Part shown: piece by piece, positions 12,020 to 22,370 of the stretch
How positions within the stretch are numbered: position 1 is the first letter of the stretch
Layout: each line of letters starts with the position of its first letter
Assembly: GCF_002113885.1 (NCBI RefSeq)
Contig: NW_018407883.1
Span: 1,168,396-1,232,395, forward strand
Reading direction: 5' to 3'
Length of the DNA: 64,000 nucleotides
Origin: Mizuhopecten yessoensis
Lineage: Eukaryota
The notes under the pieces: model-generated
What the model saw: only the letters and a program-made list of their open reading frames with translations
Told to the model about the DNA's origin: nothing
Databases searched by the model: none
Translations under genes and position numbers: made by a program

Positions 12020-14560
12020 TAGTCCAGTAAAATTAGCCAATAAAATAGACAAAAATAGAACATAAAATGTATTCTTATATTTTTTCTAGTCTTGAATACA
12101 TAGTGAACAACATATACAAAATATCAGGTTTTCAGTAAAAAAAAAAGTGCTCAAAATTGCCAATATCATACCCACCCGGTGCCAATACAAATTTAGCTTA
12201 TATTAGGGGGTAGGGGTACACTATTCGTCTGTATATCTTCTTCATTAAATTATCAACTTACTAAAATATGATATAATAGCAGTTTAAAGGTATGGTAACC
12301 TTCTTTCTTAATATATTAACTTCTATCTAATTTGTTGATTGATGACGTCATCAAAAGACAATAATTATCTCCCCTTGCAAAATTATAGATATTTGAGCAT
12401 AAAATGATGATAAAAATACAAATTAAATAAAAAAGTTGCATTTGAGTTGTTCTTGTGTTCTTTTTACATATTGAATGTTGTAACAACATAAAAATCAAAT
12501 ATAGAGACGTAAACAGACAAGAATAGTATTTAAAACTGGTGAAATCTTAGCCAATATTTGTATATAGATGGATTTAAGCACAATTTTCTCGATAGATGTT
12601 TAATTAAACTACCTACACCCGTACATGATATTGCAAATTGAAGATAAAACAATGCTCAGTTTTATAATAATAGGGTATACCATATTGATTTACTGATTAT
12701 ACTAAAGAAAATTAATTGTATTGCTTGTTAATGGTAGTAATTTAGTGTCACTAATGCCTCTCTATCGGGCGGTATATACAATCTGTCGTCCAATCCTCGA
12801 AAGTGCATACACTATATATTAAGTATATAATTATCTTTAGCAATTGTTCCAGCGCATGCGATAGGTTTGATTTTGTTGCGTGCAATTTCCCTTCGCATCA
12901 CAATCAGTCGTAACCCACTGAATGCATTGCAGAAACACTCGCTTACTGTGAAATGTCGCAGCATCTGAAGTAGGCGTTAAACTCGTAAAACATTGTAGAA
13001 GTGATTGTCTTTCAGGTGAAACCTCAGAAGATCAAGACCCTCATGCATCATACCCCCATATAGAAACGCAATGATTTCCTCTCAAGCTTTTACTAACGCA
13101 TTCACATTTGAATCATTGCAAATGAAGTTTTCGGCAAGTCCCTATTAATATGGATGGGTGCGGATTTTTTTCAACGCTGCGCCTTTGCCAATGTCAAACA
13201 GTCTAGACGTTGTATCGCATCCTGTCATGGCGTGAATGACCGGAAGTAACTGACACAGTTCCTGTCCAAGTACAGACTTTGTTTTCTGGATATCCCAGAT
13301 CTTGGTAAGTTGGGAGTGTATCTCTGACCGGAAGTACAACTTGTATGCGTTAATATCAGCATGGTAGCACAACAGCACAAGCAGGTCTGTATCCTCTCCA
13401 ATCAGAACAAGTCTTTATGGATGAACACGCAACCGCTGTTGTCACAATCAATTTGTCTGCATATCCCTCAGCATGAACGGTGGTACAGCCGCTGTCACGA
13501 AGCTTCTGGCTTAGAAGGTTGATAAAAGTTTTGCTTGTTGTCAATACTGGTTAGAAATGTCTCTATTTTCATTTGCATGGCATGCCGTCTGTGAAATTGA
13601 CCTTCTGTTGGACTGTCGCTTTCATTTGTCGTATGTGCTTGACATCCCTGGTTGAAGGCCCTTGAGGATAGCCATCAAAAACCACAATGGCATCGCTATA
13701 TTGTTGCCGTACATATTTGACTTATGTTTGGCATATGGTCGGAAAGGAGTCACCCGTCATCCATGGAAAACGCTGTTAGAGGGAACTTCCGTCCAGAACA
13801 TTTGTGAGACCAGCCTCTTGCAACAAGCTTGACGGAAAACTACATATTTCATATTTGAACACCTCTGATATTTCATCAGATTGACTGTGTGCTGCTGTTG
13901 TAAGACGCTGAGACAGTAGTTGTGGGTCGACCTGAACAACGTCTCCGTCTATTTTGACACTCATGGTCTTTGCGTTCATGGTGACAATGTATATAGTTAG
14001 ACTTTTTGAAACTCAAGTCAAGGATTCTGTTTCCAGCTAAGGACTGTACCACCTTAGTCCCGACATATTTCGCTCTGTCAGCGTTTTCATTTTTGTCTGC
14101 TACCACACCTGTTTCAATGTTTCTCAGGGAAGAGTCTTGCAGGGTTTAGTTCAGCGAGGAATGCCAATGCCAAAATAGAGGTTATGTCACTTCTTCTGAT
14201 GACATGAAGGCTCTCCTGGAACTTTGCATGAACTGATCAATGATTTTTGTCAAGATCTTGCATCTCTTTGAGGTATACATAAGCTGATTTGGCGTAAAGA
14301 TTATATCCAGACGAAGCAAAATAAGGTAACATCTTGTCAGAAACAGAAACGAAGAAATGATATTTAAGTGAATAAAATTGAAATTAAAAACACAATAAAG
14401 TAGAATGAGGTAAATGATATTAAGAACGTGTACAAATGTATATGTATCACAAATAAATAAAAGCAAATGAAATGAAACGGAAAGAAAACTCAGCTTAAAA
14501 TTTGTTTGGTCAGCATCTCCGGTGCAAATATCTGTGTCGTTGAAAATCCTATCTTTGTTT
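12020..14560 (-). mobile_element. Degenerate Academ (AcademX-type) DNA transposon: transposase plus XPG/FEN1-like nuclease remnants
   Basis: Minus-strand fragments: PYFASSGYNLYAKSAYVYLKEMQ..VIRRSD (~14200-14330), VQVDPQLLSQRL..FKYEICSFPSSL, HAEGYADKLIV, LPVIHAMTGCDTTSRLFDIGK (H3TH-like motif). Putative terminus TAGTCC at 12020. Multiple frameshifts. Confidence 0.7.
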
Positions 14561-14587
14561 CCCTGAACTGATTGTCTATTTACTTTA

Positions 14588-16290
14588 ATGATATGTCAGT
14601 ACGGAGTACATGATATGTCGGTACGGAGTAAATGATATGTCCGTACAGAGTACATGATATGTCAGTACAGATACATGATATGTCAGTACGGAGTACATGA
14701 TATGACAGTACAGAGTACATGATATGTCTGTACAGAGTTCATGGTATGTCGGTACGGATTACATGATATGTTAGTATGGAGTTCATAATATGTCGGTACG
14801 GAGTACATGGTATGTCAGTTCAGAGTACATGATATCTCAGTACGCAGTACATGATATGTTGGTACGAAGTACATGATATTTCTTTACAGAGTACATGATA
14901 TGTCAGTATGGAGTACATGGTATGTCGGTACGAAGTAAATGATATGTCCATACAGAGTACATGATATGTCAGTACGGAATACATGATATTGGTACGGAGT
15001 ACATGATATGTTGGTACGGAGTACATGTTATGTCGGTACAGAGTACATGGTATGTCAGTACGGAGTACATGATATGTCCGTACAGAGTACATGGTATGTT
15101 TGTACATGCATGGTATGTTGGTACGGAGTACATGATATTTCTTTACAGAGTACATGATATGTCAGTATGGAGTACATGGTATGTCGGTAAGGAGAACATG
15201 GTATGTCGGTACGGATTACATGATATGTTAGTATGGAGGTCATGATATGTCGGTACGGAGTAAATGGTATGTCAGTTCAGAGTACATGATATCTCAGTAC
15301 GCAGTACATGATATGTCTGTACAGATTTCATGGTATGTCGAAACAGAGTATGTGATATGCTGGTACGGAGTACATGATATGAAGGTACGGAGTACATGAT
15401 ATGTTGGTACGGACTACATGATATGAAGGTACGGAGTACATGATATGTTAGTATGGAGGTCATGATATGTCGGTACGGAGTAAATGGTATGTCAGTTCAG
15501 AGTACATGATATCTCAGTACGCAGTACATGATATGTCTGTACAGAGTTCATGGTATGTCGGTACGGAGTACATGATATGTCGGTACAGAGTACATGGTAT
15601 GTCTGTTTGGAGTACATGATATGTTGGTACGGAGTACATGATATGAAGGTACGGAGTACATGATATGTCGGTACAGAGTACATGGTATGTCTGTTTGGAG
15701 TACATGATATGTCCTTACAGAGTTCATGGTATGTCAGTACAGAGTACATGATATATCAGTATGGAGTACATGATATGTCGGTACAGAGTACATGCATGGT
15801 ATGTTGGTACAGAGTACATGATATGTCGGTACAGAGTTCATGGTTATGTCGGTACAGAGTACCTGGTATGGTGGTACGGAGTACATGATATGTCCGTACA
15901 GAGTTCATGGTATGTTGGTACGGAGTACATGGTATGTTGGTACGGAGTACATGGTATGTTGGTACGGTCCAGTTGATGATATGTCGGTACGGAGTAAATG
16001 ATATCTCAGTACGCAGTACATGATATGTCTGTACAGAGTTCATGGTATGTCGGTACAGAGTACATGATATGTCAGTACGGAGTTAATGATATCTCAGTAC
16101 GCAGTACATAATATGTTGGTACCGAGTACATGATATGTCAGTATGGAGTAGATGATATGTCGGTACAGAGTACATGGTATGTTGGTACGGAGTACATGAT
16201 ATGTCAGTACGGAGTACATGGTATGTTGATTGGTTTCGAGTACATGGTATGTCGGTACTGAGTACATGGTATGTTGGTTCGGATGTCATT
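14588..16290. repeat. 22-bp minisatellite, ~75 copies
   Basis: Unit gatatgtcggtacggagtacat with variants. Confidence 0.95.
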
Positions 16291-16436
16291 TTAAGTTCGC
16301 AGTATTAGACAATAAATGAGCATTATAGTTTCCATTGACAATATTACAATAGCACAGGAAGTTACGATTTTTTGTTATCCCTGTTTTCCCACAAGATATG
16401 TATTACAAAAATACTGAAGCAGTGATAATATAATGC

Positions 16437-16990
16437 ATTTTTAGCTCACCTGGTCCGAAGGACCATGGTGAGCTTATGCCATACCGCAGTGTCCGTCCGT
16501 CTGTTAACTTTTCCTTTAACAGATTTTTACTTAATTTGGTCTGGAACATTCTTAGGTCAAGGGGACTCAGTTTTGTATAAACGATGGCTGTGGCACCCCT
16601 GAGGGTAGAGGGGCGGGGCCAATAGGGGAAATAGAGGTAAAACCTTTAAAATACTTCTTCTACCTAGGAATAAAAAGGATTTTGTCCTAATTTAGTCTAA
16701 GAGCATCCTTGGGCCAAGGGGACTCAATTTTGTATAAACGGTGGGTGTGGCCCCCCTGGGCAAAGAGAGGCGGGGCCCAATAGGGGAAGTAGAGGTAAAT
16801 CTTTAAAATCCTTCTTCTACCATGGGATTAAGGGATTTCATCTGAATTTGGTCTGGAGCATCCTTTAAGTCAAAAGGGACTCAATTTTATATAAATAGTG
16901 AGTGTGGCCCTCCTGGGGGGCAGAGGGACGGGGCCCAATAGAGGAAACAATATAGCAAATTCTTCTAAATCCTTTGTCTTCTGTAGGAAT
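16437..16990 (+). mobile_element. Helentron-type non-autonomous element with ~160-bp internal tandem repeats, truncated
   Basis: T-run, then agctcacctggtccgaaggaccatggtgagct, gtccgtccgtctg, and three ~160-bp units (ggggactca.ttttgtataaa...ggggcccaataggggaa). Confidence 0.75.
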
Positions 16991-17825
16991 GACTGAGGTA
17001 TGCAACGCAAACCATATGTGCATCTTTAGTGGAAAACGTACAAATGTATGATATGCTTTCTGCCTGCACAGTTTTTCAAAAACACTTTTCTCAAGGGACG
17101 ACTCAGTCTCGTGTGGCTTTATTTCAGATATTTTGTTTTTAAGTATCGGGTAAAAATTGTACAATCCATCAGAAAATGAAAGTAGATGGTGGTAATTATT
17201 TAGGAAAAGATAAGCTTGATATTCTATCCCAGAGAAAGCGTTACGACCATTTAAAGTTCAAGAGAGACAATTTATGATAGTATTTTTTACTATTTTGACG
17301 TGGAAGTATTAGCTGCTTTCTTCATTTTGTCAATTGATGTTTGTAATTTACCGGACCACAACATAACACCGGAAAAAATGGATTGGAAGTAATAGACAAA
17401 CATGATTCCGGAAAGGATGTTATAGTATTATACGTATTTAGTAAATGATTAAATACAAATAATATTATTATCTTGATTACATGATGTCATCTTTTGTTAT
17501 TGTTAAATTGTCATTGTTAGACATTTGGTATACACAGATTTTTCATGTGTAAGCCCAGACTTTATTTTTCTATGGATGCTACGCCCTTGGACGCTCTACC
17601 AATTGAGCTACCTGGTCGGCGTCGACGATCACCCAGGTCCAGTTCTACTACACATGCTTTTAACCCATCTTCAGTCAGCCTTGTTGACTTTGTGCTAAGT
17701 TGTGGTAAATTCAATGGAAATACGTGCATGTTATCTATTCTTTCTGGATATTTGATGCATTTTCTTACTTTTTTCTAGATAATTTGACTACATCGCTGCA
17801 CATGGATACTTCACGTGTATATATG

Positions 17826-19229
17826 TGTGGCAAGTTTTAATTGTACACATAAGGATTAAGGTCGCCTTCTAGCTTCGAGCTAGAGAGAATTTCCCTTTAG
17901 TTCAGTGGTAGAGCGTCCGACTAGGAACCTGGAGATCGAGGGTTTGATCCCCAGTGGAAGCACACTATTCTCTTTCCTGTTACAAATGGTGTTTGTGGCC
18001 CTCCCTGTGATGACAGGGAGTTAGAACCTGGGTTGTGGTGTTTGAGGGCGAACACATTTAAAAAGGGGGGAGTAGTGTGGCAGGTTTTAATTGTATATAT
18101 AGGATTAAGGTCGCCTTCTAGCTTCGAGCAAGAGGGAATTTCCCTTTAACTCAGTGGTAGAGCGTCCGACTAGGAACCTAGAGATCGAGGATTTGATCCC
18201 CGGTGGAAGCACACTATTCTCTTTCCTGTTACAAATGGTGTTTGTGGCCCTCCCTGTGATGACAGGGAGTTAGAACCTGGGTTGTGGTGTTTGAGGGCGA
18301 ACACATTTAAAAAGGCGGGAGTAGTGTGGCAGGTTTTAATTGTATATATAGGATTAAGGTCGCCGTCTAGCTTCGAGCAAGAGGGAATTTCCCTTTAGCT
18401 CAGTTGTAGAGCGTCTGACTAGGAACCTGGAGATCGAGGATTCGAACCCCGGTGGAAGCACACTATTCTCTTTCCTGTTACAAATGGTGTTCGTGGCCCT
18501 CCCTGTGATGACAGGGAGTTAGAACCTGGGTTGTGGGGTTTGAGGGGGAACACATTTAAAAAGGGGGGAGTAGTGTGGCAGGGTTTAATTGTATATATAG
18601 GATTAAGGTCGCCTTCTAGCTTCTAGCAAGAGGGAATTTCCCTTTAACTCAGTGGTAGAGCGTCTGACTAGGAACCTGGAGATCGAGGATTCGATCCCCG
18701 GTGGAAGCACACTATTCTCTCTCCTGTTACAAATGGTGTTCGTGGCCCTCCCTGTGGTGACAGGGAGTTAGAACCTGGGTTGTGGTGTTTGAGGGCGAAC
18801 ACATTTAAAAAGGGGGGAGTAGTGTGGCAGGTTTTAATTGTATATATAGGATTAAGGTCGCCTTTTAGCTTCGAGCATGAGGGAATATCCCTTTAACTCA
18901 GTGGTAGAGCGTCCGACTAGGAACCTGGAGATCGAGGATTCGATCCCCGGTGGAAGCACACTATTCTCTTTCCTGTTACAAATGGTGTCCGTGGCCCTCC
19001 CTGTGGTGACAGGGAGTTAGAACCTGGGTTGTGGTGTTTGAGGGCGAACACATTTAAAAAGGGGGGAGTAGTGTGGCAGGTTTTAATTGTATATATAGGA
19101 TTAAGGTCGCCTTCTAGCTTCGAGCAAGAGGGAATTTCCCTTTAACTCAGTGGTAGAGCGTCCGACTAGGAACCTGGAGATCGAGGATTCGATCCCCGGT
19201 GGAAGCACACTATTCTCTTTCCTGTTATA
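17826..19229 (+). mobile_element. Tandem array of a TRIM-type non-autonomous LTR retroelement with tRNA-like sequence in the LTR (6 LTRs, 5 internal segments)
   Basis: LTRs of ~158 bp (TGTGGCA...TGTTACA) start at 17826, 18076, 18325, 18574, 18823 and 19072. Each 91-bp spacer begins aaTGGTG (PBS-like) and ends aaaaaggggggagtag (PPT). The LTR contains an A box (tagctcagtgg-type) and a B box (gattcgatcc). Confidence 0.85.
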
Positions 19230-20044
19230 CATGCATGTATATATACAGTTTACTTTTCATTATATGCAATATTCAAAGCTATGCGTGTACAAAAAATATA
19301 TTCTGTGTTCAAATGCCTCTTTATAGCCAAAATCAACAATATCTTCAACAAAATGTTTAAAAAAATGTCATAGTTTACATTATTCTAAATACTCGATAAC
19401 CAAATCACTTCCACAGGTCTATATTTTGGGGAAACAATGATAATCAAATAACAAACTTTCTACATTTATATGCACACAGCAAGAATGTCTTAAAAAACAT
19501 GTTTGTATAATGTAAACACATGACATGTATCCAAACTTGTGGATGTTAGCTAGATGTATGTGTTACTTTCTGTGTTCTGTATGCTTGTCATGAGAGATCA
19601 CTCTCCAAATTAATATGTAGGTAATATTATGTATTATATTTATGTATACCCCCGAAATAAAAACTGTAATTGAACTTGAATAGCTTACCTGCGTTTCTGT
19701 TGCCTAGGTCAATATGACGTAGAACGAAAATCAAACTAAAGCCAACAAATACTGTTTGGGCTATACTCCTAACGCTGGTACGGCGGCCACAGATTCTAAC
19801 TAAGTGTCGCTTCGCCATTTCACGGGGGAAAATCAACTAACAATGTACAAGGTTCACTCTATTGGAATAGTCCAACCACAATATCCTGTCGTGTAACCTC
19901 GATTAGGATTTCATGACAGGCGAGTCGATTTTCAGATAGGGGGAAAAGGTAGGTCTATGTTACAAGGGAAACAAGATACAAGAAACTTTATTTAACGTCG
20001 CATATATCAAACAGAGAAACATTAGCGATGTAGCTATTTTTGCG

Positions 20045-20196
20045 GCAGACATTTGGGCTTCAGGAAAAACCCCCAGCCTGAGAAGTTTCTTTGAAAATCA
20101 TGTATTTTCAACATTTTCCTCAATTTTGCCCCACCTGGAAACCCCCCCAGGAAATTTGGAACCCCCCCCCCAGACAGGTCTCTGGATCCGCCACTG
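20045..20196 (-). mobile_element. MITE fragment with CAGTGGCGGATCCAG terminus
   Basis: Ends tctggatccgccactg; shares sequence (cctgaagcccaaa, gagacct.tctgggggg) with the mini-element at 57964-58034. Confidence 0.55.
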
Positions 20197-20292
20197 GACA
20201 TATGATAAAAAGCAAACAGAAAACAACAAACAAGCTACATGTATAGCTATAGCGGAGCCCGCGAAGGAACATGGTAACTATATATATATATA

Positions 20293-21170
20293 TTGGTTAT
20301 ATCATAGGAACCGAGCAATATGTCAGTTATTGTACGAGAGGGGCAGAGCTACTTCTCGAGCGCGTAGCGCGAGGGATGTAAGCTCCACCCCTCGAGTACG
20401 ATAACTGACATATTGCGAGGCCTATGATGTAACCGACTTGTCGCATAAAGTGTCACGTAACAATCTAAGAGAACATTTGGTCATTAGAAAAAAAATTGCA
20501 TCATGTCGGACTTAATCTCAAACTCGAGGCCAAGTTTGGCACACATTGACTTTGACGACCTGGACGCAATTCATTTGTCTCAGTCGATGACTCTCATTGA
20601 AAGTGGTCCAGAAAATGGTAAAAATTGAGGGCGCTACATGTCAAAATGGTAACTCAGATATTAAGCCTACTAATGTGAATATTAACATGCCTACAGAAAA
20701 GGACCATGTTCCATTTGCTGATATTTCTAATATGTCCAGAAATGTGTTTCACAATTGCCAAGTGTCTTTTAATTAAAAGACCGACTAGTACCAGTTTATG
20801 CTAAGACTTTAACTTACAAAACGGAAAAAAGATTGACCGTGGAACCTGTCTGTAAAGGCGCAATTTGTTGAATTGTTTGCAACAATGTTGCTTAATACAA
20901 TGTATTTGAACTCCCTGTATTTGTACAGGGACGTATACTGTCCCTGATTTGTATATTTAGCTATTTCCCACGGTGTCGATATCCTATTAACATTCACTAA
21001 AAGGCCACTGTACACTTTCATAGGCTGACCAATGAGAATGGATAATTCTATTGTATTCAGTATAGGGGAGGAGCCTCACTAATACCATATGGTATTAGTA
21101 AAACTGTGTAAAATAAGTTGGTTATACCATAGCTAGATCAAAGGGAAAGTGACACGTCTATGCGACAAGT
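20293..21170. mobile_element. Fold-back non-autonomous element, possibly Crypton-derived
   Basis: ~145-bp hairpin (gcaatatgtcagttat 20315-20330 / ataactgacatattgc 20401-20416). acttgtcgcata at ~20436 is inverted at ~21159-21170. Internal NVFHNCQVSFN* resembles Crypton-type C-termini. Confidence 0.45.
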
Positions 21171-21179
21171 ATAGCAGAT

Positions 21180-21392
21180 AGCAGACATACGTTGGCCTAA
21201 CGTTGGCCCAATGCATCAGGGTTGGTTGGGCCATCTTTTGAAAATGACGTTGGGCCAACATGTTGGACCACCGTTGGCCCAACAACTTAACTATAAAACT
21301 ATGTTGGGCTAATGCTTAATTGTGGTGCATATTTGACATCGGGCCAACGTTACACCAACGAACAAAGTTTGCTGTGCCAACGTTGGTACAAT
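21180..21392. mobile_element. MITE fragment made of palindromic gttgg(g)ccaac units
   Basis: Repeated cgttggcc/gggccaacg motifs in both orientations. Confidence 0.45.
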
Positions 21393-21589
21393 GCTGTATT
21401 TTGTTGTTTTGTTTGTAGTGGCTTTCCGTCCTATTAACAGCTAATGTTTTTAAGGACGATGTCAAGATAGACACAAGAAAAGACAGAAAGAAAGAATATG
21501 GAAAAAGAGAAATGAATAAAATGATGGTGTCTGATAATAAGAAAACAAACAGTGATTTATATTATGTCATATCCACCCATTTTATTTTC

Positions 21590-21745
21590 TACTCTGGCTG
21601 ATTGGTAGCCGATGCCACCAGTGCAGCTTGTGGCCGCCTCTTTCTGCCTTTTGATTTCCTCCCTTTTTGTCTCGGCCCTTCTCGGTCCCCTGTATATCTC
21701 AGCCAGTCTTTTGCAATGTTATTGACCTCGTTGTACAATGTAGGT
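21590..21745 (-). pseudogene. Remnant of a DUF4806/BEN-like transposon accessory ORF C-terminus
   Basis: Minus strand translates EVNNIAKDWLRYTGDREGPRQKGRKSKGRKRR...*, resembling the KDWLRxAxDRxGGR motif. No upstream frame was found. Confidence 0.45.
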
Positions 21746-22079
21746 GGCCTTTAATTTGCCGGGAGGTAGTTTTTCCGTACAGCCCCTTAAAAATATGGTA
21801 ACAAATATTTATCTGGGAATTTCAACTTCATGCTTTCTCAACTGTCACTAAATATGGTGATGTACATGTACCAGAAGAGAAATTCACAGTGACCTAAAAT
21901 ATATTGCAATGCACTCAAAATATATGGTATAAAATGTACAGCCCAGGCAAAATTTAGTAAACGTTTTGCAATGTATTGACCTTTTGTACAGAGTGAAGGT
22001 CATCGTGAACTAAACATATTATTGTACCTCATCTTTATAACAACGTGTCTGATTAGATGATACTGGTTACATGTTACAT

Positions 22080-22370
22080 GACGGGCAACAAAATAGCATG
22101 TCGCCCTCGCGCTCTCAAGTTTCCCTGTCCATATTTCCCTTATTCGGAGCCTCTCTAAAGTCAAGATCATCCACAAACCAGTTCCGAGTGACGAAGGCAG
22201 ACGACAACAATGGCGCGTCAACCTGATTATTCCTACAATTGTGTTACAGTTCTTATTCACTTATTTATATTTTGACATCATTAATTATGTGTCCTTACTG
22301 TAGGGAAATACGATTATTTGTTTATCCTCGATTTATCATGTTTCACGAGGGCGTTTCCCTACAAAGGTCA
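22080..22370. mobile_element. Dispersed non-autonomous repeat; second copy at ~41650-42240
   Basis: Shares tttcccttattc.gag.ctctcta, gtgac.aggcaga.gacaacaatggc and gtagggaaa.a.ga with the copy at 41650-42240, which is split by a V-SINE. Confidence 0.5.

Noticed and set aside
14820-16289. Tyr/His/Met-rich ORFs
   Set aside because: Translations of the 22-bp minisatellite; the unit length is not a multiple of 3.
17826-19229. Cluster of functional tRNA genes, or a CRISPR-like array
   Set aside because: The acceptor stem does not pair properly and copies carry A/B-box mutations. Spacers are near-identical rather than unique, there are no cas genes, and the context is eukaryotic. LTR/PBS/PPT structure explains it.
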